DNA from: a virus
Reading direction: 5' to 3' (one strand)
DNA length: 64,000 nucleotides
IMG/VR virus record: IMGVR_UViG_3300023210_000015
Span: 1-64,000 of that record
Below the pieces are notes generated by a model. It had not been told where the DNA came from. It worked only from the letters and a program-made list of their open reading frames with translations, and searched no databases. Each line of letters begins with the position of its first letter. Positions within the stretch are counted from its first letter, which is position 1. A program made the translations under genes and the position numbers. Positions 8,882 through 19,059 of the stretch are shown piece by piece.

Positions 8882-9746
8882 ACATAGAAAGATCGTTTTT
8901 GACTATGGGTATTGTGGACTTGGCACGCGACTGAAGCAAATTGCTTGGGGGAAAACCATTGCGAAAGTCAGCAATTCAGATTATCTGTTGATCTGGTTTA
9001 AAACATGGGATTGTGGTGGAAAAGAAATGAATCCACTAGACATTATCACAAATGTCGATTTTTTTATTCCAAAATTAGATTTTAAAGTTTCACGACACAT
9101 ATACAAAAATAATACAAATTTGTTAAGATATTGGGAATCTGCTGAAGAACAGATGAAAGAAAAATACAAGGATGTTTCAGATTTCTTATTTTTTCGTGAT
9201 CGGGTTAGAAAAAATTTGTATAAAGAAAAAGCGAAATTCCCTTTAAGAAATAACATTAAAAAACATGTTAGAGATTTTTGGTTCGCCGACAATCAAGAAA
9301 AAACTTATGATGATTTGTACACTATATTTTTACGAATGTTACAAAACATACAACCATCGAAAACGGTTTCAAAAAAAGTAGAGTCTTATAATGTGGATAA
9401 TTTCATAGGAGTCCACGTAAGGAGAGGGGATGTCATATCATCTGCTTGTCGTGTCAATGTAAAGAAATATTTTGATTTTATTGATTCTCGCACAATATGT
9501 CATGATAAAAAAATCTTTTTATGTACAGAAAATCAAAAAGTTATAAACGGATTTAAAGAACGATACAAAAACAGAATTATTTGTCGTCCTCTGGTAAAAT
9601 TCCACAGAAATTCACTCAAAGGGATACAAAATGCCTATGCAGATATGCTTTTATTGTCCAAATGTGATTTTATTATTGGCGGTAAAAGTCATTTCTCTGA
9701 TATATCAGCGACAATTGGCGGGATTAAAAAGAAAACTTTAGGATAG
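8799..9746 (+). CDS. NodZ/GT11-like fucosyltransferase, paralog 2 (start uncertain)
   Basis: GLGTRL, IGVHVRRGD, IFLCTE, AYADMLLLSKCDFIIGG.SHFS. Confidence 0.7.
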   Translation: MKKKIGIKRIIDLEMIIGTDIKNVLKSKHRKIVFDYGYCGLGTRLKQIAWGKTIAKVSNSDYLLIWFKTWDCGGKEMNPLDIITNVDFFIPKLDFKVSRHIYKNNTNLLRYWESAEEQMKEKYKDVSDFLFFRDRVRKNLYKEKAKFPLRNNIKKHVRDFWFADNQEKTYDDLYTIFLRMLQNIQPSKTVSKKVESYNVDNFIGVHVRRGDVISSACRVNVKKYFDFIDSRTICHDKKIFLCTENQKVINGFKERYKNRIICRPLVKFHRNSLKGIQNAYADMLLLSKCDFIIGGKSHFSDISATIGGIKKKTLG

Positions 9747-9749
9747 ATA

Positions 9750-10319
9750 CTAGAAACTGTATTTGAAATATTCTATATCGTTTTTGAATTTATTACTTAC
9801 CATGTTCATCATTTCGTCATTATAGTATTCTCTATAATGTTTGTGAACGGTTTTATTTTTGTGAGGTAATTTGTCAATGATGTTTAACTTTTTGTAGACG
9901 CACTCGAAGTCTTCATTTATATTCTCAAATCTAACAATAAAATCCATTTTTATATTACCGTTGATAAACATCATGGTTTCTGGTCTTTTTTTTGCAAAGA
10001 AAGATTTTCGAAACTCGTGATTCATGTAATATTTGAATTTTTCTTTGTTGAAAGAATCTGGTGAATTCTTTTTTATCACCCTATCTCTCCATGCGGCCCA
10101 AGACACAGTTGCCGCCCAAGGATTTCTTACAACAGCAAATTTAAAATAATTGTTGAATTCTTTTGGGAATTTTTTCTGATAATATTGAATACCGGCATGT
10201 TTTCGAGGAAGGTGTTGTAATTTTTTTGGGTCTGGATCGGCACCCAGTAAAACAGCTACACTTTCTCCTCCTGTTTTTGGGATATGTATAAAAATGCATT
10301 TGTGTTTGTGTGATATCAT
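9750..10319 (-). CDS. Sulfotransferase family 2 protein
   Basis: FIHIPKTGG (5'-PSB loop), FAVVRNPW, RFENI..DF, HKN. Confidence 0.85.
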   Translation of the reverse strand: MISHKHKCIFIHIPKTGGESVAVLLGADPDPKKLQHLPRKHAGIQYYQKKFPKEFNNYFKFAVVRNPWAATVSWAAWRDRVIKKNSPDSFNKEKFKYYMNHEFRKSFFAKKRPETMMFINGNIKMDFIVRFENINEDFECVYKKLNIIDKLPHKNKTVHKHYREYYNDEMMNMVSNKFKNDIEYFKYSF

Positions 10320-10321
10320 AA

Positions 10322-10921
10322 TTATTTTGGAATCCTTTTGCAACGATGACCTTTAGGTAACAGTCTATTTTTCTGCGGCCCGGCCCCATATATATATTTT
10401 CTTTCAAATCCATGATCAAATAAAATCTTTTCATATTTTCGGTTATAAGCATTCCAAGGATAACAAAAATATTGAGGTCGTAAATTAAATGTGTTTTTAA
10501 ACCATTTCATCATTAATGAAGTATCTTTTTGAAGGAAATCAATTCTTTCTTCTTTTGTTTGCAACTTATCAATTGCGTGGCTTTTTGGCAAATACTTTTG
10601 TTCAGGTTTTGTGCCACGCATTGCGTGATAATATGAATGACCGCCAAGAAAACATCGATATTGAGAAGCGATCTTTTTAATTTGATCTAAATTCATACAA
10701 TGTTCCCATCCATATTTTCCTGGATAAGAGCCATCAAGATGTTCTATTCTACATGGAACAACAAAAAATATTTTATCTGTTTTTATCTCTGAAATTCTAT
10801 CAAAATAGTCATATTGGGAAAGCCTACCGTCATCAAATGTAAGAATATAATTTTCCAAAGGCATTCTAAACAACTCTTCGGTAACTTCATGTATCATCAA
10901 AATGGGTTTGTTAGAATTCAT
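10322..10921 (-). CDS. Polysaccharide deacetylase (CE4) family protein
   Basis: LTFDDG, GGHSYYH, FCYPWN. Confidence 0.8.
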   Translation of the reverse strand: MNSNKPILMIHEVTEELFRMPLENYILTFDDGRLSQYDYFDRISEIKTDKIFFVVPCRIEHLDGSYPGKYGWEHCMNLDQIKKIASQYRCFLGGHSYYHAMRGTKPEQKYLPKSHAIDKLQTKEERIDFLQKDTSLMMKWFKNTFNLRPQYFCYPWNAYNRKYEKILFDHGFERKYIYGAGPQKNRLLPKGHRCKRIPK

Positions 10922-12854
10922 ATTTAAAATATTCTATATCTTTTTTGTATTTCTCCATAATAATCTTTTGTACATCATCTGTATACGGTTTCTCGAAATG
11001 TCCACATCCCTTTAAGGCATGAGGTAAATCATTTTTTACAATAGGTTTTTCTAATAAATTACACAACTCTTTCCATTGATCGCCAAGACCCCAACATAAT
11101 ACTTTAAATTGTTCTTTTGGCTTATCTTTAAAGAAATCAACAACATCTCTGTTGTGTTTCATATACACATCAATATGTTTTAAGCATATTTCTTTTTTCT
11201 TTTCATCGTTCCATTTTTCGTTGTAAGGCATACTATACCCATATAAATATTTTCTCCATGCTGGACCATTGTATTTAGACCCGTCATTTTTCCAGCAATG
11301 ATTGCACAAACTAGTATACCAAATCAACGGATTTTTCCTGACGGTCAAAGCGAATTTTGCATCTGGGTATTTGGCATATAATTGTTTATACAATAATAGC
11401 CATGGCCAATCTCTTGCCATCTTAAAATTATCTATAGTATTGATTATTTTACTATATTTACCTTTTTTGTATAATTTATATAAATTTGGAGATGTTGCTT
11501 TCGCTGGGCTAAATCCTAATTTTTCACAACATCTTTGCAGGGTGGTAGAGCCGGTTTTGTGAAATCCTATACCAAAAACCTTTTCTTTTGAATTATTTTT
11601 GATGTTTTTTATCCTCACTTCTGTTGGAAATTTTTTTCTACCACTCAACCCGGAAGAAAGATCGAATGCGATTGGTGGACACATTGTAAAATGAGAATGT
11701 TTTTTTGCTACTATAGCGTGAGCATAGATGTCCGAAGTTCCATTTCCGTGGGTTTTTGTGTTATCTAGTGATTCTAGTAGAATTTTTGCCATCTTATCAT
11801 TAATTGCGTAACATGGGTTGGACATTTTATGCGATTGTGTATCAAATTTTGGTGTTCCACTGTATCTCGCGTCTTTTTTAAAATGTTGACTCCAACCAAG
11901 CCTTATCAATATAGGAACATTCATGTCTATTCCGTGTTCTATAAATGCCGCATTTGAAAGTAAATCGTTTGTTACGGCTAAACATTTTTTTGTGAATTTG
12001 ATATCATCTTCACATATTAAACAAAATGAATTAGGTTGTTTTGCGATTGTCTCCCATGTTTTAATGTGGGATAGCCAATTGGCTATTTTGAATGGACCTA
12101 GTGTTTTTTTACTATAACTGAGTTTCGGGTTTTTCACGGCAGCTTTTGCTTCTTGACTGTCTCCGTCAACAGCTTTTATAAATTGGTATCTTTCGGTTCC
12201 CACACGCTTGAATTCTTTAATCATGTGTTCTTTTCGTTCTACGTTTCTTGCAAGATTAATACAATATACTTGATCAAACATTTCAAAACCACGTTTTTTC
12301 TTTTTTCTTTCATCAAATGTATAACTGAATTTTTTTATGTCTTTTGCGTGCATTTTTGCGACAATTTGCTTGGTTTCATCATTATAATATGATGTATAAT
12401 ATTGATGATAACCGATTCTTTGATTGCTGTGTGGCAATGTTATATTTTTGACACCCAATTTATCCAAAAGTGTGTTAAAATCATTTTGTAGATTTTCAAA
12501 TTTTAGAACAAAATCCATTTCATCTCCTATTATTTCACTTTGAACAGCCGCATTTTGTTCGTGTGCAACTAGTGTCGGGTTCGATAAATATTGTTTCCAT
12601 GTTTTTTGTTTTCTACGTCTTCCTCTATGAGAGCGAAAAAGCGAAACCATCCAATCCCACGGATTCCTGACGACAGTAAATTTAAAATATCCTTCCCAAT
12701 TATCTTTGTATAGATTTTTTGCAGTTTTCCAATCAAGATGTTTTGTTTTTTTTTCAACTTTCCACCAATCTGCTTCGGTTAAGGCTTTTTCTATGCTTGT
12801 TCCACCTGTTCGTGGGATATGTATAAAAATGCATTTATGTTTATGTGAAATCAT
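10911..12854 (-). CDS. Tri-domain protein: sulfotransferase + GT25 glycosyltransferase + second sulfotransferase
   Basis: FIHIPRTGGTS; YCINL..ERK.HM...AVDG...SH...LICEDD; VFGIGFHKTGSTTL. Confidence 0.8.
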   Translation of the reverse strand: MISHKHKCIFIHIPRTGGTSIEKALTEADWWKVEKKTKHLDWKTAKNLYKDNWEGYFKFTVVRNPWDWMVSLFRSHRGRRRKQKTWKQYLSNPTLVAHEQNAAVQSEIIGDEMDFVLKFENLQNDFNTLLDKLGVKNITLPHSNQRIGYHQYYTSYYNDETKQIVAKMHAKDIKKFSYTFDERKKKKRGFEMFDQVYCINLARNVERKEHMIKEFKRVGTERYQFIKAVDGDSQEAKAAVKNPKLSYSKKTLGPFKIANWLSHIKTWETIAKQPNSFCLICEDDIKFTKKCLAVTNDLLSNAAFIEHGIDMNVPILIRLGWSQHFKKDARYSGTPKFDTQSHKMSNPCYAINDKMAKILLESLDNTKTHGNGTSDIYAHAIVAKKHSHFTMCPPIAFDLSSGLSGRKKFPTEVRIKNIKNNSKEKVFGIGFHKTGSTTLQRCCEKLGFSPAKATSPNLYKLYKKGKYSKIINTIDNFKMARDWPWLLLYKQLYAKYPDAKFALTVRKNPLIWYTSLCNHCWKNDGSKYNGPAWRKYLYGYSMPYNEKWNDEKKKEICLKHIDVYMKHNRDVVDFFKDKPKEQFKVLCWGLGDQWKELCNLLEKPIVKNDLPHALKGCGHFEKPYTDDVQKIIMEKYKKDIEYFKYEF

Positions 12855-13687
12855 TTGGTATTCTTTTTTTTGAATTTTAACATTTTTTTGACGTTTTTAC
12901 ACCCGCTACATAAAGAATATAATTTACGACCTTTGCTCCTCTTAAGATTTCGACATATTTCAATGTGTTTTTTTGACCACCATATTTGTTCAATCGACTC
13001 ATTAAAGACATTTCCTAATCCAAATTCAGCCTTCATATCTTCGCAACACATCGCAACATTCCCGTCATAATGAATTATTAATCTTTTTGAAGATTCAAAA
13101 CATGGCTGATTGCATGCTGAATCTAATTTCTTTTTTATTTTAGCATCGGATTCATCTATTTGTGACATATCCATGTTCGGTCTTACCTTGAAGTAAGATG
13201 ATTGTCCGCGACAACTAAAGGTAAGTTTGGTATTTTTGAATTTTTTCCTCCAAAACTTTTTTTGAGTATTTAATTGTTTTTGATTTTTGTAGTCATATAA
13301 TCCTACACACACACGATGAAATATACTATCTATGCTTTTGCATAGTTCTGGATTGTCTTTGAGTCTATCGCCATTGGTGTGCATAAATGGTCGCATTCCC
13401 ATAGATTTAGCATCAGTTGCTATATCAATCAATCTGTTGTCCAATGTGGGTTCACTCATATGGTGAAAAGCTATGGGTCCGGCAAAATGCAGTTTTACAA
13501 GTTGATTTAAAATATCATATACCTTATCGGTTGGCAAAAATTGCTGTTTAATCGGATTGCCATTTTTGTCTTTTCTATTCCCAGAACGATCAGAAAATCT
13601 AGGACAGAACCAACAATTTCGGTCGCATGACGATTGTAATTCGAGAAGGACTTTTGAAAATTTTTTCATTTTGTTGTTTTGGTTCAA
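12851..13687 (-). CDS. Radical SAM/SPASM domain protein
   Basis: CDRNCWFC, EPTLD, HTNG; C-terminal C...IHYDGNVAMCC...LGNV...C..C. Confidence 0.85.
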   Translation of the reverse strand: MNQNNKMKKFSKVLLELQSSCDRNCWFCPRFSDRSGNRKDKNGNPIKQQFLPTDKVYDILNQLVKLHFAGPIAFHHMSEPTLDNRLIDIATDAKSMGMRPFMHTNGDRLKDNPELCKSIDSIFHRVCVGLYDYKNQKQLNTQKKFWRKKFKNTKLTFSCRGQSSYFKVRPNMDMSQIDESDAKIKKKLDSACNQPCFESSKRLIIHYDGNVAMCCEDMKAEFGLGNVFNESIEQIWWSKKHIEICRNLKRSKGRKLYSLCSGCKNVKKMLKFKKKNTK

Positions 13688-13781
13688 TATAGTCGATATA
13701 ATAATGAGTTCGTATAATATATCGTCAATATGAGATAAAAACTGAAGAAAGGTATTATTTTAAAAATTAGAATATAAACGC

Positions 13782-14645
13782 ATGGAGATATTGAAAAGAA
13801 AAATAGAAAAAAAGACCAAATTTGTGAATGGTAAAAGAATTGCATATAAACTAATAACTACTGTTTTTCGAAAAAGAGATAATATATTCTATAAATTTGG
13901 ATTTCCGACTAAAGACCTTGATAGTATTAATGAGTTTGGTACGCGTTCCCAAATCCCAGATAAAAATGCAAAAAAAATTGTTTGCCTTGGTTGTTCGCAC
14001 ACATACGGAAAGGGTTTAGAGCAAGAGGATACATGGCCGTATAAATTAGGCGAAAACATACAGATGAATAAGAAGGAACACTATCAGGTTCTAAATATGG
14101 GGCGAAGGTCATATGGTTCTAAAATTCTTATTGATTGGTATGATTTTTTCGTAGATAAAAACTATAAACCTCATATGTGTATATTTCAGCTTCCTAATTA
14201 TTTTAGACAGCCACATCCTACTATGCAACCTAATAAAATGAAATTTTATACATCATCTATGGGCATAACGGACCTCTATAAAAAAGGAATAATAGGAAAC
14301 ATCAAATTCGAATCACAGTTTAACATTATAATGAATAAGGAGTTGCAAAGATTAAAATGTTTTTTTGCTAAAATACAAAAAAAAGACATAAAACTGGTTG
14401 TCGTATTCTATCTGGCTATCGCAAAATTTATAGAAGAATCAGATGCTCGAAAAAGTCAAATACAATATTTTGATTTGATTGAAGAATTTTGCGATAACAA
14501 TAATATAGATGTAGTCAGGAGTCACAAGTTAGATTATCGTTATTTTCGTGATAATGATATGACTGTCGACTATACTCATCCGAATGAGAAGGGAACAGAG
14601 TTTTTTTCTAATGAGGTTTATAAAACGATAGAGAGATATTTATGA
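13782..14645 (+). CDS. SGNH/GDSL hydrolase or acyltransferase
   Basis: LGCSHTYG, TWPY.L, VLNMG, D.THPNEKG. Confidence 0.8.
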   Translation: MEILKRKIEKKTKFVNGKRIAYKLITTVFRKRDNIFYKFGFPTKDLDSINEFGTRSQIPDKNAKKIVCLGCSHTYGKGLEQEDTWPYKLGENIQMNKKEHYQVLNMGRRSYGSKILIDWYDFFVDKNYKPHMCIFQLPNYFRQPHPTMQPNKMKFYTSSMGITDLYKKGIIGNIKFESQFNIIMNKELQRLKCFFAKIQKKDIKLVVVFYLAIAKFIEESDARKSQIQYFDLIEEFCDNNNIDVVRSHKLDYRYFRDNDMTVDYTHPNEKGTEFFSNEVYKTIERYL

Positions 14646-14740
14646 AAAAAATGATTAAACGTATTTGGAAAAGAATATGTAAATTGTTTAAGAAAAAATT
14701 TTCTAGTGAACCACCAGAAGATATATATCCAATGTGGTAA
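14642..14740 (+). CDS. Small ORF (MKKMIKRIWKRICKLFKKKFSSEPPEDIYPMW)
   Basis: ATGA overlap with the SGNH gene; fills the intergenic gap. Confidence 0.45.
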   Translation: MKKMIKRIWKRICKLFKKKFSSEPPEDIYPMW

Positions 14741-14749
14741 TGACAGATT

Positions 14750-15634
14750 ATGATAAAAGATAAAAAACTATCTGAGCGTTCTTGTGATTCTATAATTTTT
14801 AACTATAGTTTTGGTGGTTTGGGGGTGCTGCTAAAGACGATAGCGTCTGGACAAATTATTTCTGAGCAATTAAACTTGCCATATATCTATGTATGGTTTA
14901 ATACATGGGATTGTGGTGGGACCGATATTAATGGCAGTGATTTAATTTCAAATGTGGATTTTTTTGTACCTCGATCATATCCCAAAAAACAACATCCAAA
15001 ACATTTATTCAAAAACAAAAAATATATGTCAGATTGCGTAAAATTTGCCGTTAAAGAAATGCAAAATAAATATAAAAATTGTTTTGATTTCCATGAAATA
15101 GGTAAAAGCATTATTTTTCATGCCACGTATTTTAATAAATTTCCGCCTTGCGGTGAAGTGAAAAAAAGAATTTTTCCTGTCTCTCTTATGATATATAATA
15201 AATTGAGGGAGATATCACCGTCAAATAAAATTAAAGAAATGGTTGAATATTATGAAAAAGATCATAATATGTCCGAATGCATAGGAGTTCATGTTAGGCG
15301 TGGTGATGTCCCAAAACGAAGATTGTTTGGAATAAAAAGGTATTTTAGTTTTTTGAAAAATCATAAAGAATTTAATGATAAAAAAATCTTTTTATGTACA
15401 GAAAATCAAAAAGTTATAAACGGATTTAAAGAACGATACAAAGACAGAGTTCTTTTTCGCCCTCCTATTGAAAATAGTAGAGATTCCATAAAAGGGATAC
15501 AAAATGCTTATACAGATTTATTGTTGCTATCAAAATGTAAATGTATTATAGGAGGGAAAAGTAGTTTTTCTGAAGTCGCTTCGATAATTGGTGGAATAAA
15601 AAAATATACTTTAATTAAAGAAGAAAGGTTGTAA
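14750..15634 (+). CDS. NodZ/GT11-like fucosyltransferase, paralog 3
   Basis: GGLGVLL, IGVHVRRGD, IFLCTE, LLLSKC.CIIGG.SSFS. Confidence 0.7.
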   Translation: MIKDKKLSERSCDSIIFNYSFGGLGVLLKTIASGQIISEQLNLPYIYVWFNTWDCGGTDINGSDLISNVDFFVPRSYPKKQHPKHLFKNKKYMSDCVKFAVKEMQNKYKNCFDFHEIGKSIIFHATYFNKFPPCGEVKKRIFPVSLMIYNKLREISPSNKIKEMVEYYEKDHNMSECIGVHVRRGDVPKRRLFGIKRYFSFLKNHKEFNDKKIFLCTENQKVINGFKERYKDRVLFRPPIENSRDSIKGIQNAYTDLLLLSKCKCIIGGKSSFSEVASIIGGIKKYTLIKEERL

Positions 15635-15644
15635 TTTTTAACAA

Positions 15645-16457
15645 ATGACCACAAAATTTGAAATTATAGAATGGTATGGTAAAGAATATAAAGTTTATGA
15701 TAAATTTCCTAATATTTGTTTTATACATATAGGAAAATGTGGCGGGAGTTTTATGAGAACTGCTATATTTGATAAACAAATTAAATTAAGAATTATTCAT
15801 GGACGTAAAGTGAAATTTGATGATAGATTTCAATACTTTTTATGGATCAGAAATCCATTGAACAGATTTGTATCGGCTTTTAATAGCGTTGTAGAATGTG
15901 TAAATTATGATGTATCTGGCCTACGTGCCGATGAAATAACTTTAAATAATTGCACTGAACCGAAAGTGGTAAGAAGAAAAATTCGAACTGGTTTTGCTTA
16001 TTCTAGAAAAAAAGATCATTTGGTAAATTTATTTAAAACCCCTAATGCTTTAGCAGAATCTCTTGCAAATTCAAATAAAAAAATTAAGAATTTGGCTATG
16101 AAATTGATAACTGGCAAACTAGCAATTAAACATATACGTAAAGGAATAGGTTTTTATTTAAATAATGGGCAATTCATCAAAAAGCATAATAATAACATAC
16201 TTCTAGTCGGTAAGATGGAAAAGATGGAAGATGATCTTAAAAAATTTGCCGACATACTTGGTGTAGACGAGTTGGAAAACAAGAAAGTTAGAGAAAATAA
16301 ATCTAAAAATATTTCTAAATATCTTTCTCCGTTGGCAATAAAAAATTTATATAAATTTTATCGACATACTGACTATAGGGCTTTAAAAGTATTGAAAAAT
16401 AAAGGTTGGATAGATCAAGAAACTTATGAATCTTATCATGGATATTCAAATTTATAG
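15645..16457 (+). CDS. Sulfotransferase family protein
   Basis: FIHIGKCGGS, WIRNPLNRFVSAF. Confidence 0.8.
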   Translation: MTTKFEIIEWYGKEYKVYDKFPNICFIHIGKCGGSFMRTAIFDKQIKLRIIHGRKVKFDDRFQYFLWIRNPLNRFVSAFNSVVECVNYDVSGLRADEITLNNCTEPKVVRRKIRTGFAYSRKKDHLVNLFKTPNALAESLANSNKKIKNLAMKLITGKLAIKHIRKGIGFYLNNGQFIKKHNNNILLVGKMEKMEDDLKKFADILGVDELENKKVRENKSKNISKYLSPLAIKNLYKFYRHTDYRALKVLKNKGWIDQETYESYHGYSNL

Positions 16458-16478
16458 TTTTGTATTGGGTATATCGAT

Positions 16479-17483
16479 ATGATCATAAAACATTTGACAA
16501 AGACAAAGACAAAGACAAAGACAAAGACAAAGACAAAGACAAAGACAAAGACAAAGAGTGTTGGAATAGTTAGTAAAATAACTAAAATAGAATTACCTTA
16601 TTTAAATTCTTTTATTGATTATCATCATAAAATAGGAGTTTCCCAGTTTAGTTTTATCAGTACAAGAATCAATGAAACAAAAGAAATAAAAAAATATTTA
16701 TGTAATTACCCTTTTGTGAGAATTATTGATAAAGGGGTTGATATAAAAGGGCCAAAAAAGTTACATGGATGTCAAAATATACCGCTAAAACATTTAACCA
16801 CAGATTGGGTATTATCATTGGACCCTGACGAATATATTATTTTGCCTGATTACGAAAATTTAAATCAGTTTTTGCAGCATAGTCATATCTCATTGCCCTC
16901 TAGAACCGGAGGACGTTTGTTTACTTTTAATTGGATACTGATAGCTAATGATCAAATTGAGTATACGACTTTATGGGATGGAATTAAGTGCGATAAGATG
17001 TTAAAATATATGGCAAAAAGAGATTATATCAAAATACTTCATGACCACAAGGTAGTATATAATGGTTTTTTAAATTCAAAAAAAGATGTTATTGGCACTT
17101 CCCAGCATGGAGCTTATATAGCACACTATTGGGGTAGGACTATTAATGATATAATATTGAAAAGCATTTACCATACAAGCTCAAAAAAAAAGATGTCTTC
17201 TTTCAAAAATCTTATTCGAGATATTCAATCTGAGATTCTTCCTCCTCGTCTTAAAATTTTAGCTGCTCTTTGTAAAATGGATAAAAATTTTTCAATACAT
17301 AAAAGCCCTTTAAAGGTTGATAAAAAAACAGAAAACAAATATATTTACGAAGCGTTGACTAAAAAAGAATATAAAAAAATTAAAACAGTATTTTACCGAT
17401 ATAAAAACAGCATTAACGGTTGCACCGCTTTACGATCACATATGTTTAAACCGGTGGAATTGTTGAAAAAAATGCCACAATAA
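16479..17483 (+). CDS. GT2/GT92-like glycosyltransferase with N-terminal (TK)10
   Basis: ELPYL..FI.YH..IGV..F, WVLSLDPDEY, IAHY. Confidence 0.7.
   Translation: MIIKHLTKTKTKTKTKTKTKTKTKTKSVGIVSKITKIELPYLNSFIDYHHKIGVSQFSFISTRINETKEIKKYLCNYPFVRIIDKGVDIKGPKKLHGCQNIPLKHLTTDWVLSLDPDEYIILPDYENLNQFLQHSHISLPSRTGGRLFTFNWILIANDQIEYTTLWDGIKCDKMLKYMAKRDYIKILHDHKVVYNGFLNSKKDVIGTSQHGAYIAHYWGRTINDIILKSIYHTSSKKKMSSFKNLIRDIQSEILPPRLKILAALCKMDKNFSIHKSPLKVDKKTENKYIYEALTKKEYKKIKTVFYRYKNSINGCTALRSHMFKPVELLKKMPQ
16496..16555 (+). repeat. Perfect hexanucleotide tandem repeat (GACAAA)x10
   Basis: Directly visible; encodes TKTK... Confidence 0.95.
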
Positions 17484-17500
17484 TAATATTATTTTGGCAT

Positions 17501-18787
17501 TTAAAGTCCTTTATTTATTTTATTGGTATTCTTAAGATAATTTCTAAATTCTATGATTTCATTTTTTACTTCTTTTTGACTTCTTCCGTGTATTTTAATC
17601 ACATTTTTTATTTCATTTTCGCCCTTATTCCCAAAGAAGTAGAAATTATAGTTATCTAGATTCTTATCTAATATTTTTATTCCAAATTTTTCAGGGCATA
17701 CCCAAATTTCGCTACCAGGCAACGGCATAAATATGGTACAAGACACTATATCATAAGGAACTTTTTCAAGAATATTGATATTAGTTTTAACAGTATCTTT
17801 AGTCTGACCTGGCGTGCCGATCATCATAAGCGCTCTGGTTTTAAGTCCTACTTCACGACAGATTTCAAGTGCTTTGATGTTGTCTCGACTTGTCGTTCCC
17901 TTTTTGAGCAATTTTAATACATCATCATCGAAACTTTCTATCCCAAATGACACTTCTTTGCATCCAGCGTTTTTAAGCATACAAGCTATTTCTTTACTGA
18001 ATGGTTTTACTCTGCACGATATCCTCCACGCTATATCTAACGGGGCTACTACATCGCAAAAGTTTTTTACATGCTTGGCGTTTTGCGTAAACATGTCATC
18101 AGAGATACGAAATTGCTGTATATTGAATTCTTCCATGACACTTTCAATCTCATACAGTATATTTTGAGGACTTCGATATCTGATAACCTTTCCACACTGT
18201 CTAGCTCTAGGGGCGCTACAGAACGCACAAGAGAACGCACAACCTCGACTAGTCAAGATAATAGTGGTCTGTCCTTCCTTGTATCTGTGATTGTATGCAA
18301 AGATATTCCCTCCTTGATTATCCCCTAATAAATCTCTAGCCGGTGGTGGTATGGTATCCAAATCTATAACGGGGTCACCGTTATATATCTTTTTGGGTTT
18401 ACCATGCTTGATGTCGCTAACAATGTCTAAAATCGTTTTCTCTGCCTCACCTTTGCATATAGAATCGATAACAGACCAATCGATAAATTCATCACTATAA
18501 GTACCCGGACCTCCGATTATTATATAACTATTTGGGAACTTATCTTTGATGCGTTTAGCAAATCTGTTTGCCTGTAGTAGTTCTACACTTGTAGACGTAA
18601 TGCCAAAGATATCTGATTCTGTCAAGTCATTTATGGCTTCATCTGTAGAAAAAGAAGTGTAATTCTTTATCTGGACATCTATATCGTTATTTCTTAAAAC
18701 AGATGCGAGATACATAAGACCAAGGGGGGCTTGAGAATCTGGTTGACTTAGATATGGATGCGGCAAATATATTAAAGTTGTTTTCAT
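17501..18787 (-). CDS. B12-binding (class B) radical SAM protein
   Basis: PLGLMYLAS, IIIGGP, GEAE, TSRGCAFSCAFC, DDMFT, GIESF. Confidence 0.9.
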   Translation of the reverse strand: MKTTLIYLPHPYLSQPDSQAPLGLMYLASVLRNNDIDVQIKNYTSFSTDEAINDLTESDIFGITSTSVELLQANRFAKRIKDKFPNSYIIIGGPGTYSDEFIDWSVIDSICKGEAEKTILDIVSDIKHGKPKKIYNGDPVIDLDTIPPPARDLLGDNQGGNIFAYNHRYKEGQTTIILTSRGCAFSCAFCSAPRARQCGKVIRYRSPQNILYEIESVMEEFNIQQFRISDDMFTQNAKHVKNFCDVVAPLDIAWRISCRVKPFSKEIACMLKNAGCKEVSFGIESFDDDVLKLLKKGTTSRDNIKALEICREVGLKTRALMMIGTPGQTKDTVKTNINILEKVPYDIVSCTIFMPLPGSEIWVCPEKFGIKILDKNLDNYNFYFFGNKGENEIKNVIKIHGRSQKEVKNEIIEFRNYLKNTNKINKGL

Positions 18788-18893
18788 TATTATATTTTCG
18801 GAAATTAATAATTTTTATCGTATATAGAATTTTTTTTTTAAAGGAAAGTTGTAATTTCTACCGAACAGAACTATAATGGCTTGGAGAAGAATT

Positions 18894-19004
18894 ATGATAA
18901 AGAATTATGATAATACGATTAACACTGAAAAGGATGCTCATCCTAATGTAATCGCTCTATCTTTATCACTCCTGTCATCATCGCTATCTAGTTTGTGTCT
19001 CTGA
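18894..19004 (+). CDS. Leu/Ser/Cys-rich leader peptide MIKNYDNTINTEKDAHPNVIALSLSLLSSSLSSLCL* (not in the ORF track)
   Basis: GGAG RBS at 18883 and upstream promoter elements; the last 15 sense codons are exclusively Leu, Ser or Cys. Confidence 0.8.
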   Translation: MIKNYDNTINTEKDAHPNVIALSLSLLSSSLSSLCL

Positions 19005-19033
19005 GACACGGACCTCGATGGATAGTCCTTTTT
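18979..19033 (+). promoter_or_regulatory. Attenuator: antiterminator over the leader stop versus terminator GGAC...GTCC-TTTTT
   Basis: GTTTGTGTCT(18991-19000)/AGACACGGAC(19004-19013) competes with GGAC(19010-13)/GTCC(19025-28) followed by T5. Confidence 0.6.
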
Positions 19034-19059
19034 GCTTTATCCCGATGTTCTGTGTTTCC

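Noticed and set aside
3406-18787. Bacterial chromosomal LPS/capsule locus (host contamination or prophage flank)
   Set aside because: No transport, polymerase or nucleotide-sugar genes. It is interleaved with phage-type small ORFs and shares the composition and promoter motif of the rest of the window.
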